UHGV virus genome: UHGV-0179428
Direction: 5' to 3' (one strand)
DNA from: a virus
DNA: 64,000 bases
Part shown: one piece after another, positions 54,455-64,000 of the stretch
Position numbering within the stretch: position 1 is the first letter of the stretch
Layout: each line of letters begins with the position of its first letter
Notes under the pieces: generated by a model
The model's input: only the letters and a program-made list of their open reading frames with translations
Databases searched by the model: none
What the model was told of the DNA's origin: nothing
Position numbers and translations under genes: made by a program

Positions 54455-57400
54455 TTGATGAAAGCGTATCCTTACGATCCTCGGGGGACGAAAGCCGAGA
54501 ATCACTTCTTAGAGGAGCGTATCATCGGGTCAGAGAACAACAACGATCGGGTGGTGATTTTAGACCACCGCCCGTTCTTTGAAGATTTGGTCGTCAGACA
54601 ACCAGGTTCAACCACCCCACTGAGTCGTGGGGTGGACTACGAACTGCAATATCAGCTGACGGAACTGGATGACTCGGTAGCAGCCAACGTGTATTGTGGG
54701 GTACACCTTATCAACCCATCCATCAAGGGTATCGTAACCTTTGAAGGACAAATGCTCGGCGGTACGTTCTACGACCCGTTTGTTGATATTCTCGATGAAC
54801 TGGTGAAATATTTGAATAACCCAGTCAGTGCTGACTGGTTGTTATTAGACGGTAGACCATCGTTATATCCAGCGACGCCAGCAGCAACGTCCTGGGCGGA
54901 TTTGCTGAACAAAAAATATTTAGCGTCGGCAGTTCACGACATTGAATTGAAAACCGACGACGCTAACCAATTAATTAAAGACAAATTAGCTGAAGTTAAA
55001 GCGTTAGTGACTGCGTTGGGTAAAGAAATCGAAGCATTTAACTACCCAGCACATATCGCAGCGAAGAACCCGCACGAAACCACATCCGCGCAGATTAACG
55101 CGCATCCTGTTAACTTGAAAACCCCCGACACCTTTATGGCGTACGGGTTAAAGTTGAAAGCACTGACGGATGAGCTGAAAGCGTTTCGTTTACCCCAGTC
55201 AGTTATCGACACGTATATCTCTCACTGGATTTCTTCGGAAGTACGGGGCGTGTTTAACTGTACGGTGTCAGGAAACCGCGCACAGTTCCGTTCGAAAAAC
55301 GGTGAGTCAGAAATCATTTTTGCCAACGATGGCTTTACGTTAAAATCCAACGGTTCTGTGGTATTAGCGGTAGGACATCTGGAAGGCACAGGTGCAGGAC
55401 GTTACATTAATTGGCGTGCTGGTAAAAACACCTTACGTATCGAGTCAACCGGCGATGCTTTAGGGATGAACAAACTCACCCTGAATGGTAACCCGTTACT
55501 GACTACCACAGCTTTGATGGAATACCAACAAGATCCTGATGCTGGCGGGAGCGGCGGCGGTGATCCTGATGACTCGAAGGTGTACATCGAAGGCCGTAAT
55601 GGGATTAGCTTCACCGGTAAAGGCTCTCGGACCGATCCTATCGTGGGTACTATCGACCCGACGAAAGCGACAACCGCTGAAAAAGGTGTTGTTAAGCTTA
55701 AAACTGGTAAAGGTACAGAAACGGTTGGGGTTGCAGCAACGCCAGCGTCATTAACACCTTATTCGACCGACCTATCAGGGTATGTGGCTAAAACGACCAT
55801 GATTAACGGTAAGCCAATGAATGACGGCTCCAGGACAATCACGAAAGCTGACCTGGGGTTAGGGCAAGCGGATAACACCGCAGACCTTGACAAACCGTTG
55901 TCAACCGAGTTAACTAAGGCGGTTAGCGGTCTAGCAGATGTAGGCCATCATCACGATTGGTCGGAGTTAGGCATTTATAAAGCTTCTCAATCTGTTTACG
56001 GTATTGGTCGTTATGCAACTAACCAGAACGGTTTGGTTGAAAACCGTGCAGTGGTACCGAACATCTTAAAAGAGCTTTCGGCACGTTTAAGTGTGGTCGC
56101 TGCGGCAATTGCAAATGCGAAAGAAGGAACAGTCACGGATTTCGCTGCTGTAAAAGGCGCAGACTGGCGATTTAATAGCCAGGGTACGGCAATCTCCGTT
56201 CAGGATTTGAAATATTTCTATTTGCTGGACGGCACGAAAGGTGACAGTACCGTTACCGGTGCGATTGACCTGCAAACCACCCCGATGTTTAACTGGTTCT
56301 CACCGAACAACCAACTTGAGCTGACTTGGGCTACGGGTAAGGTGAGTAACGGTACGGGAATCAACTGGACGGGTATTGAAGAACCGCCATTGATGGGGTT
56401 CCAGTCTGTCCCGGTAGGTAAGACTGCTACACAGATGGGTGACCAGTCAGTTGTTACTGTATTGGCAAAAACGCGTGTAAAAGCATACCAACCGAAGCTC
56501 TGGGTTTATGCTGCTGGGGGTGGTCCGGTTACGGTTTACATTAACGGTATCCAGGCAGCCACAGGCCAGTCTCCACTCGTCGCGGTGTATGAAACGTCGT
56601 CAGACGTTGAAAATTACACAGTGGCGGTTAAAGCCGAGTGTAGCGACACGACTAAATCCGCAGCGGTACAGTTCGAAGTTTACGATGGTGACTACCCCGT
56701 TTATTTCAGTGGCCCTGAAACGCGCGTAGAGCTTCTCCAGGAGTTTGTTACAACGCACGTAGGGGTTCGTCACTATTTGTACGTTAACATGCTCACAGGC
56801 TCTCTGTATTCGCGTGCTGAACCGATTCAGAGTATTGCCGTCGACCCAGAACGCGGTTATATCGGTTATGTTGATATCGTTCCTGGTCAGTCTTACGCGA
56901 ATAAAACTGTGGGATTTGAAACCACGTTTGATTTCGGGAAAAGTGCGGAAGTTAGCGAGCACATCAGCACTCGTAAGGCACACGGTCTCAGCGCTGTTGA
57001 CTGGGCGTTAACGGATAACCCACGGTTGCCGTTATTAAACCGTGCTATTGCTGAACCAAGAGCGTGTATCTTTAGGAAACCGTTAGCAACCGCTACAGGG
57101 GATGTTTTCCATCTTGTCAGTCGTGGCCTTTATACCTACGCACACAACCAAAACGTGAAGTCGAGTCTTCAATACGTTGTGATACCTGAAGGTGCTACGC
57201 CGTATTGTTGGTTTACACCATTTAACCCGAAAGAAAACAACGCACCGACATTCGAAGGCTCGTTTGCGTTCGATGTTGACGATGTTGGTGGAACGCAAGC
57301 CCTTGCTGCTGCGCCGGATTTGGTTCTATGCACGTCAACGCAAGGTAGCAGCGTTAAACGTCGCTATCTGCGCATTGACCTAACTACCAAAACCTGTAAG

Positions 57401-58639
57401 TTGGGGATTGGTTCCCGTTCAGATTCTGCTGTTACGGATATTCCGTTAGTGATGGAGGAGTCTGGGGAAACGGCAGTGGCCGCAACGTTTAAGGATGTGT
57501 TGTTCAACGGTGAGGAAACCAACGCGGCGACGCTCGACTTGATAGGTTGGGGTGCCAGCCGAGATAAAATTCCTGCAAACCATGCACCTCGTGGCATGAT
57601 TCGCTATCGTTACAACGTAAACAGTCGGGTATTACGTTTAGCACTGACGTTCTCACAGTTCGGAACGACAACAGTTAAACATCGACAGCTGGAGATTCAA
57701 TTCCCGTTCGATTTAGTGGATTATTTCACTGGCGACGGTGTGGGATTGTCGTTTAAAGAACTGTCTGCGAAATGTCGTGTAACGATTAGTCACGCGCTGA
57801 TTGATCCGGCTACGAGTAACGTCGACATTGATAAGTACCATTACTTACGTTCGTTGTTCGAATCGTATCTGGATTCGTCCGTTGGGTATTTGGCTGATAC
57901 CAAAGACGTTGATTTTAGTCAGTCTGTGATTGACCCTGCGACTTATGAGGTTAGTCAAAAATACCGCGTTACAGAAAGCATCGCGCTGCCAACCGGCCAG
58001 GGAAGTGTTGCTGTTTCCCATGACGGTCAGTTGCCTGCGCAGTTCTTTGACCGTAAGCTGTCTCGTGGTGCCTTGATGGCCAAGAAAGGTGAACTCAACG
58101 CTTCCTGGAATAATGAGTGGAGCACGACTAAAGCTGCTGCGAGTCGTTATCGCCATAAACTCATTCTACGCTTTGCACAAGGTGCTGATAAACAGCAGTA
58201 TCGCGTTGCAAAAGTGGCCGGGACGGTGAAGTCTAACTGGCCGGGTAAAGTGATTATCGGTGATGCCGGGAAGGACCCGTATGTATCGGCTATTGATAGC
58301 GTATCTTTTGCGCTTTCGACCGCCTCTGATACAGGTAAAGCGATTACTCTTACGCCAAAGGACTTACGTGTAGGTCAAGACATTTATATTGTCTTAGAAC
58401 CGCCCGGCAATAATCCAGAAGGTTATGAACTTAACTTCACTTGTTCGTTAGATGTCACTGACGAGAAAAGTGTCCGTCAAGATCAACTCAATGCACAGAG
58501 TTTCGAACTCCGTAGCGGCGAAAGTCAGTTCTTAATGGAGAAACGCAACCCGTACCACATCACGAGTAAAGCGTGGAAGTGGATTCTGGCTGTACTGAAA
58601 CGAGAACTTAACGGGAAGCAGTTAGGGGATCGTACTTAG
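54455..58639 (+). CDS. Long tail fibre protein (1394 aa) with phage tail-fibre repeat motif
   Basis: ADLGLGQADNTADLDKPLSTELTKAVSGLADVGHHHDW motif; abuts the upstream fibre gene. Confidence 0.7.
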   Translation: MMKAYPYDPRGTKAENHFLEERIIGSENNNDRVVILDHRPFFEDLVVRQPGSTTPLSRGVDYELQYQLTELDDSVAANVYCGVHLINPSIKGIVTFEGQMLGGTFYDPFVDILDELVKYLNNPVSADWLLLDGRPSLYPATPAATSWADLLNKKYLASAVHDIELKTDDANQLIKDKLAEVKALVTALGKEIEAFNYPAHIAAKNPHETTSAQINAHPVNLKTPDTFMAYGLKLKALTDELKAFRLPQSVIDTYISHWISSEVRGVFNCTVSGNRAQFRSKNGESEIIFANDGFTLKSNGSVVLAVGHLEGTGAGRYINWRAGKNTLRIESTGDALGMNKLTLNGNPLLTTTALMEYQQDPDAGGSGGGDPDDSKVYIEGRNGISFTGKGSRTDPIVGTIDPTKATTAEKGVVKLKTGKGTETVGVAATPASLTPYSTDLSGYVAKTTMINGKPMNDGSRTITKADLGLGQADNTADLDKPLSTELTKAVSGLADVGHHHDWSELGIYKASQSVYGIGRYATNQNGLVENRAVVPNILKELSARLSVVAAAIANAKEGTVTDFAAVKGADWRFNSQGTAISVQDLKYFYLLDGTKGDSTVTGAIDLQTTPMFNWFSPNNQLELTWATGKVSNGTGINWTGIEEPPLMGFQSVPVGKTATQMGDQSVVTVLAKTRVKAYQPKLWVYAAGGGPVTVYINGIQAATGQSPLVAVYETSSDVENYTVAVKAECSDTTKSAAVQFEVYDGDYPVYFSGPETRVELLQEFVTTHVGVRHYLYVNMLTGSLYSRAEPIQSIAVDPERGYIGYVDIVPGQSYANKTVGFETTFDFGKSAEVSEHISTRKAHGLSAVDWALTDNPRLPLLNRAIAEPRACIFRKPLATATGDVFHLVSRGLYTYAHNQNVKSSLQYVVIPEGATPYCWFTPFNPKENNAPTFEGSFAFDVDDVGGTQALAAAPDLVLCTSTQGSSVKRRYLRIDLTTKTCKLGIGSRSDSAVTDIPLVMEESGETAVAATFKDVLFNGEETNAATLDLIGWGASRDKIPANHAPRGMIRYRYNVNSRVLRLALTFSQFGTTTVKHRQLEIQFPFDLVDYFTGDGVGLSFKELSAKCRVTISHALIDPATSNVDIDKYHYLRSLFESYLDSSVGYLADTKDVDFSQSVIDPATYEVSQKYRVTESIALPTGQGSVAVSHDGQLPAQFFDRKLSRGALMAKKGELNASWNNEWSTTKAAASRYRHKLILRFAQGADKQQYRVAKVAGTVKSNWPGKVIIGDAGKDPYVSAIDSVSFALSTASDTGKAITLTPKDLRVGQDIYIVLEPPGNNPEGYELNFTCSLDVTDEKSVRQDQLNAQSFELRSGESQFLMEKRNPYHITSKAWKWILAVLKRELNGKQLGDRT

Positions 58640-58676
58640 GACAGACTGCCTGCGGGCAGTTGTGTGTCCGTAGGTA

Positions 58677-58713
58677 ACCCCTCCCTGTAATGGGGAGGGG
58701 TATCCATTTTATT
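58677..58713 (+). terminator. Rho-independent terminator (ACCCCTCCC / GGGAGGGGT stem plus T-run)
   Basis: 9-bp stem with TGTAATG loop followed by TCCATTTTATTT; between the second and third fibre genes. Confidence 0.55.
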
Positions 58714-58733
58714 TAAAAGTAGGAGTCTTTACG

Positions 58734-61700
58734 ATGCCGAGAGAAGACGCGGCGCAGTTTAACGGTACGCTAAGCACAGTGACGTACCCTAACCGATTTA
58801 ACGTGGTCATTCCGCCTGAAGGACCTTTTTATCGTATCGGATTAAAACTCACAGTAGCCGACGATACCGCGCCTAACGGACGTCGTACTCTGATTGAGGG
58901 GTTGGACTACTATTTAGGCTATTACTTTAAAGAACTCGCAGAAGCTGAACAAGATCAGATTTATGGCGGGTTTATGTTGCTTACTGCAACAGAAATCGAA
59001 TATGAGATTTTAGGGGTAGCACGGCAGTATCGTGTACCGCAATCTGAAATCGGGAAGTTCTTAGTTCGTACTGACCTGAAAGACCCACGTAACGTGGACT
59101 GGTCGGAGTTAATGGCGTACGCGCCGGTTATTCAACCAATCGACCCCCCTGCTAACTTAGAAGAAGCTATTCTGAGGGACGAGGTCGTTAAAGCGTTGAA
59201 CGATATCCGCAAGAAAATCATTCAGCGTTCAACAGAGTTAGATGCGGCCTTCACCGAAGTCACTAACCTGATTTACGAGAACGGTAAAAAGATTTTCGAT
59301 GAAGAACTATACCAACACCACCTTAATCCTAACGCTCACCAGTATACGACCAATGACGTTGGGGCCCTTCCGGTTTTAGGACGTGCTGTTGACGCTACAA
59401 AAGCGTTTGGGTTGACAATTGACCAACTGGCTACGCTGATGGGTTCGGCGGGCATTGAGCAATCAGACGTTGAACAGTTAATGGGCGAAGCCCTCGGTAC
59501 CGTTTACGGTCGTTGGGGTACCACGAACGGTAATGAACTAACGTTTAAAACACCGGGTGGACACATCATCAGCATCCGTGGTGATAAGTGGTTAATTACT
59601 TCACCACAACCGTTAGTGATTAAAGCAGACCAAGACAACAACGAATCCGGTTTGGCGGTTGAGTTTAGTGCGGGGCTGAATACGCTTTGGGTACACTCTG
59701 GGTCAGAACAGGATGTATTAGCACCGGTCTATAACTCTGTGTATTTGGTTACACCAGAAATGGTGAACATGTACCTGACGTCTGTAACGTTACTTGAAGC
59801 GAACGCCTATTTCAAATCGTCTGACACCGTAAAACCGTACGGTACAGCGAAGCAGTCTAACCCACTAACGTTGAATGCGAATATTCCCACAGCAACCGAG
59901 TCGGTTTATGGGGTGTTTTCGATTACGAATATCGCAACCTCTGTAGCGCTAGGCACTGCTATTTCCCAAAAGGCTGTGACCGAGTTAAAAAACCGGTTGG
60001 ACTTGTACGTTGATGATAGCTACACGGTTAACGGTAAAGGGTTTGTTAAGACAGGCGACAACATGGTGTTAACCTTAACGAAGGCCGATTTCGGTATCGA
60101 TAAGATGAATAACACCACACCCATCGCTAAACCGGTAACAAAAGCATTAGCGAACGTGCTGAAAAATAAAAGTTTGAAGGTACACACGCACACTACCGCT
60201 GATTTGGATAATGTCCCGATTGGTAGCGCAACAGTGGACGGTATCTTACAGCTGTGGGATGCGATTGATACCACGAATGATAAAGCCGTTACATCACGCC
60301 AAGGGTGGTTGTTCGCAAAAGAGATTAAGAAGGTCTCTGATAAACTGAATACCCTCTTGCCCGCATGGACAACGGCCGGGAGCAAATATACCAACAATTC
60401 GATATTGCCGATCTTGTCGATGGGTAATTACGAAGGTTATGGTAAAAACATGGATGCGCTCCAGATGGTTATAGGGGTACAACAAGGTAAGCTTTACGCT
60501 TTAATTAGTTCTAAATCTGCCCTTCCGGGAACTGAGGGTATTTATTACGCTGTTGCTGGGTTAAAAAACGACAAAAGTCTCGGTGAAATTTACAAAACAA
60601 CTTTCCGTTATAAGCCGAAAGGGTTAGAGACGAATTATCCGGGGGTGGAACTAAAAGAAATTACCGTTACTGGTACCGAAGCATTTATAGCGAAGGGCAG
60701 CGACGATAATTATTATTTAGTTAAACTGAACGGTTCAATGGATTACACCAAACATACCGATGTCAGGTTGGTAACTTTCTCAGAATTTGTTTCAGAAACA
60801 ACATGGGAATTTGTGCCGAATATGTTCATGGATCGTGTGGTCATAGCCGATAACGGCGTCTATGTTTTGCGTACGATGCTAATGGCCGATCTGAAAAACA
60901 ATAGTCTGGTGGACTACATTAAGGATACTCCGCAACCTATGTTCCGTGTTGGGTTATTGCGGCTTAATAAAACCGATCGGTTTGAACAGGTTGATTTAAG
61001 CTCTACACGAAAAATCGGTAAGTGTGCCGATTTGGTTGAACCTGGCGCGTTCGATGTAGATAATCCGAATACGAAGCGTCTTGCCTACTTCACTGCGGAA
61101 GGCAAAGCGTTGTGGACAGTGAATTTACAATTAACTAGAGGGGTGTCAAGATGGATAACGCCCGTTGTTAAGGACGGTCACTTGTTAACCGTCGGCGTGT
61201 CTGGCGTTTGTCTTGGTTTTTCTTCAACGAAAGGTACCACATTCGGGCCATGGAATGGTGCTTATCGTCTCGACCTATTAACCGGGGAGGTTGGGTTAGA
61301 GACAACTAACATCTTCCCAATCAAAATCGATACTACAGGTTGCTACTTAAAAGACGGAACAAAAATAGAGCTGAAATGGAAATGGGCTACTCGAAGTTCT
61401 GGCTATATGACCGACAATAGAATCTGTGTCGGTGATATGGTTTATTCTTGCTGCTGTTCGACAGAAAAACAACTTGCACCATCTCTCCATTACCAGAAAC
61501 TCCCAGAAGGAGTTAGTTATCTGGACTATGTTAAGTTGAGTGCGGGGTATGAGGGGCAATCTACGTTTGAAAATCGGATAAACCCTGTGGTGGGTTCGGT
61601 GTGGAAACCGTCTATGACCTTCCCATTGTTCTTCCCAGGAACAAACAAAGTATGGCTTAAACATCAAAAAACGGCTTATTTCATTGAAGCCGAATATGAT

Positions 61701-63920
61701 AAAGATACGACTTATGGTTATCCTGGATACGGCGGGTTTGGACCAACATCCCGCCGTGTTGAAAAAAAAGCGAACGAATACGGCGTATTGACAAATATAC
61801 CGCTGGTTGTTACGCCAGACATACCGAAAGGTCTACTAGATGGGGCTTACTTTATCGGTGCTGAAAGTAAACCATGTAAAGTTGTTTACGGTACCACTAC
61901 GGTGGCTAGTGATCGGTTGTCTATCGATGCGGCAGAATGGGCGAAGTTGACTAATATTGTTCAGTCCAGCCAGTTCTCTGGGGCTTCTAACGGCAACGCC
62001 TATGAGCGGATTAGCGTAGCTAAGACCAAAAAGAACAACTACAGTTTGTCCTTTTGGGTGCTTGGTCAAACGATGTCTGGTGGTCCGCTTTGTATCGCGA
62101 TAGTGAGTCTTATCTATAAAGACACTGACGGGGTAAATAAGTTTGCTTTTTACTTCTTTCAGGTAAAACCGACTATAACCAACGGGGTCATAAGGTTCGT
62201 TAGTTCGGAAGCGAGAATGATGACGTTCAGGGAAAAAGTGGCCAGTAACGCCATTAATCTCTCACCCACAGCTTTTAATGGTGAACTTAAACAACGCTCC
62301 GGTCAAGTTTTCCTTTATTCGCAAGACGGACAAAAGTTCAGATTCTCAATACATAACCTGGTTGGCGGGAATCTTGTAGGATCAGAGATTTCTTTTGCTT
62401 TTGGGATAAACTTGACTAAAAAAGGAGAATGGTTTACCGGCGAAATTCATCGGGCGTGGGGCTATACGTATACGCTGAATAATACATCTGAAGTCTATAT
62501 ACCCGATCTCTCGGGCATCGCGCTATTGACTTGTAACTCGGAAGATTTAAACGAGTTGTATCTCGGTGGCGAACAGTATAGAATCTCTGATTTGTTTAAC
62601 AAAAAATATACTGTTATCGATAAGATTATTATTGGCGGCGTACAAACACAGAGCGGTTGGAATTTCTATCTGACGGAGGAAACCGAGTTAAGTTTTGGAA
62701 ATAAAAGATATACCGTTCCAAGATGGTCCGTTGATTTAAGCGATGAATTCCCGACTAATCACGCTAACCAGACATTCTACGTTTATGCTGAAGTGGTCGG
62801 TTCTACTGCCCAATACCGCATCGGTTTAGAGCAGTTAGCTGATACCTCGTCGAGACTGTTTGTTGGGACAGTAACCACTGATTCGAACCGTATTACGGAT
62901 ATCAGTATCGATAAAGTAAAACGGTTAGGTCGTGTAAAAGAGCTGGAAAATCATGCCTCGGTTGTTGATCAGCACGATGTGGCGCAGGCGTTCGACAGGA
63001 AAACTGGTCCACTATTAACAGTGGTTAATAAACCCGTTAAAGCCATTACAGCATCTGCGAGCAAGGGTGCTGGGTATGTCGATGGTCAGAAATGGAATAC
63101 GTTGTCCGGGATTGCAACGCGGCCCAGGTTGCCGGTACAGGAAACCTATTCAGGTTATAAAAGTATCAGCAGGGTGGCGTATGAGAACTGCGCTGACCAG
63201 TTCTGGCAGAAAGCGGTTGCTGCGAACGTTGCAGCGGCTACTGCTTCTGAGAACAAACAAGCAGCAACCGCGAACATGAAGTGGTTGGGTGCGTATACGA
63301 AACCGACTACCGGCGAGTATGCATATCTGGCATTGAGTCTGCGTGTTAAAGTACCTGGCGATCCTGGTACTACTAATCGTCGACTGAAAATCAGGCTTGC
63401 GGCCCCGACAGGTATAACTCAAGTTCGTTACGGGCTAAATCAGTCTGGCGGTACGATGACTGAACAGACAGTAACATTAACTGCTAACAGCTATCTGGAA
63501 AAAGAACACGCCGGATTTAAGCCAGCCGAAGAAGTCCGTGTACATGCTACGTTTGTCATTCCAAAAAATGAATACGATAGCTACCGTACGAAGTTCGGTG
63601 CTGTTCAGCTGATTGACGTTGAGTCGAACACTGTCATTAAACAGACAGATATCGACACACCGTTTATCGTGTATACCGACACGGAGTTAGCAGCACAATC
63701 TGGTTTGGTGTATAAAGCGGTTAAGGGTCAGTTCCATCAACTCCCGTCTCAACCTGTCGTCATTGTAACTGATGGACAGACAGGGACTACGCCACCGGTG
63801 AAAACCTCGTTTGCTGACGGGACATTAACGGTCTACGTGGCAACCACGTACGACGCGGTGAATCCAGCACAAACGCGCGATATCGATAAGCTCCAGTTCA
63901 ATCTTATGTTTACATCTTAA
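58734..63920 (+). CDS. Long tail fibre protein (1728 aa) with phage tail-fibre repeat motif
   Basis: AGGAG RBS; motif ADFGIDKMNNTTPIAKPVTKALANVLKNKSLKVHTH; largest ORF in the window. Confidence 0.7.
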   Translation: MPREDAAQFNGTLSTVTYPNRFNVVIPPEGPFYRIGLKLTVADDTAPNGRRTLIEGLDYYLGYYFKELAEAEQDQIYGGFMLLTATEIEYEILGVARQYRVPQSEIGKFLVRTDLKDPRNVDWSELMAYAPVIQPIDPPANLEEAILRDEVVKALNDIRKKIIQRSTELDAAFTEVTNLIYENGKKIFDEELYQHHLNPNAHQYTTNDVGALPVLGRAVDATKAFGLTIDQLATLMGSAGIEQSDVEQLMGEALGTVYGRWGTTNGNELTFKTPGGHIISIRGDKWLITSPQPLVIKADQDNNESGLAVEFSAGLNTLWVHSGSEQDVLAPVYNSVYLVTPEMVNMYLTSVTLLEANAYFKSSDTVKPYGTAKQSNPLTLNANIPTATESVYGVFSITNIATSVALGTAISQKAVTELKNRLDLYVDDSYTVNGKGFVKTGDNMVLTLTKADFGIDKMNNTTPIAKPVTKALANVLKNKSLKVHTHTTADLDNVPIGSATVDGILQLWDAIDTTNDKAVTSRQGWLFAKEIKKVSDKLNTLLPAWTTAGSKYTNNSILPILSMGNYEGYGKNMDALQMVIGVQQGKLYALISSKSALPGTEGIYYAVAGLKNDKSLGEIYKTTFRYKPKGLETNYPGVELKEITVTGTEAFIAKGSDDNYYLVKLNGSMDYTKHTDVRLVTFSEFVSETTWEFVPNMFMDRVVIADNGVYVLRTMLMADLKNNSLVDYIKDTPQPMFRVGLLRLNKTDRFEQVDLSSTRKIGKCADLVEPGAFDVDNPNTKRLAYFTAEGKALWTVNLQLTRGVSRWITPVVKDGHLLTVGVSGVCLGFSSTKGTTFGPWNGAYRLDLLTGEVGLETTNIFPIKIDTTGCYLKDGTKIELKWKWATRSSGYMTDNRICVGDMVYSCCCSTEKQLAPSLHYQKLPEGVSYLDYVKLSAGYEGQSTFENRINPVVGSVWKPSMTFPLFFPGTNKVWLKHQKTAYFIEAEYDKDTTYGYPGYGGFGPTSRRVEKKANEYGVLTNIPLVVTPDIPKGLLDGAYFIGAESKPCKVVYGTTTVASDRLSIDAAEWAKLTNIVQSSQFSGASNGNAYERISVAKTKKNNYSLSFWVLGQTMSGGPLCIAIVSLIYKDTDGVNKFAFYFFQVKPTITNGVIRFVSSEARMMTFREKVASNAINLSPTAFNGELKQRSGQVFLYSQDGQKFRFSIHNLVGGNLVGSEISFAFGINLTKKGEWFTGEIHRAWGYTYTLNNTSEVYIPDLSGIALLTCNSEDLNELYLGGEQYRISDLFNKKYTVIDKIIIGGVQTQSGWNFYLTEETELSFGNKRYTVPRWSVDLSDEFPTNHANQTFYVYAEVVGSTAQYRIGLEQLADTSSRLFVGTVTTDSNRITDISIDKVKRLGRVKELENHASVVDQHDVAQAFDRKTGPLLTVVNKPVKAITASASKGAGYVDGQKWNTLSGIATRPRLPVQETYSGYKSISRVAYENCADQFWQKAVAANVAAATASENKQAATANMKWLGAYTKPTTGEYAYLALSLRVKVPGDPGTTNRRLKIRLAAPTGITQVRYGLNQSGGTMTEQTVTLTANSYLEKEHAGFKPAEEVRVHATFVIPKNEYDSYRTKFGAVQLIDVESNTVIKQTDIDTPFIVYTDTELAAQSGLVYKAVKGQFHQLPSQPVVIVTDGQTGTTPPVKTSFADGTLTVYVATTYDAVNPAQTRDIDKLQFNLMFTS

Positions 63921-63960
63921 CGCCACGAGACAAGGACGTCTCGGATTAAGGAGAGTGGCC

Positions 63961-64000
63961 ATGGCCTCCATTGTATACCAATACCCTTTAGATTTAACGG
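63961..64000 (+). CDS. 5' end of a further rightward gene (truncated by window edge)
   Basis: ATG at 63961 preceded by AGGAGAG; reading MASIVYQYPLDLT continues out of the window. Confidence 0.35.
   Translation, partial: MASIVYQYPLDLT

Noticed and set aside
50122-63920. Numerous 60-125-aa ORFs antisense to or nested in the giant fibre genes and other long genes (for example 51505..51750, 53799..54086, 60020..60397)
   Set aside because: Embedded in long, well-supported ORFs, without RBS and with biased composition typical of shadow frames.
1-64000. CRISPR arrays, tRNA genes, integrase or transposase, prophage attachment repeats
   Set aside because: No regularly spaced direct repeats, no cloverleaf-like GTTCGAATCC-type segments, and no recombinase motifs were seen. 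The window appears to be entirely lytic-phage coding DNA.

Overview
This 64-kb window reads as a contiguous segment of a large, probably virulent tailed phage (Caudoviricetes) of an enterobacterial host, not a bacterial chromosome. Genes are densely packed; I found no rRNA, tRNA, CRISPR array, integrase or transposase by eye, and many Rho-independent terminators share a CCCTAC/GTAGGG-rich stem. Layout: (i) 1-5.5 kb, rightward virion/ejection-type genes including a lytic-transglycosylase-domain protein that probably continues upstream of the window; (ii) 5.5-28.9 kb, leftward block of nucleotide-metabolism, replication-accessory and unknown genes (MazG-like, ThyA with two insertions, RNase HI fusion, DEDDh exonuclease, HEPN-like protein, sigma-region-4-like HTH protein); (iii) 28.9-30.9 kb, two rightward genes; (iv) 30.9-47 kb, leftward accessory block (signal-peptide lytic transglycosylase, TARG1/DarG-like macrodomain, GNAT, zinc-hook Rad50/SbcC-like ATPase, five secreted small proteins, a four-member tandem paralog family); (v) 47.3-64 kb, rightward tail-fibre module with three giant fibre proteins (1394-1728 aa) carrying the phage tail-fibre repeat motif. 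Most products cannot be assigned from sequence alone. All domain calls are from motif reading without database searches. The best candidates for undescribed biology are the tandem paralog families, the macrodomain/GNAT pair, the secreted-protein cluster, the RNase H fusion and the HEPN-like membrane protein.
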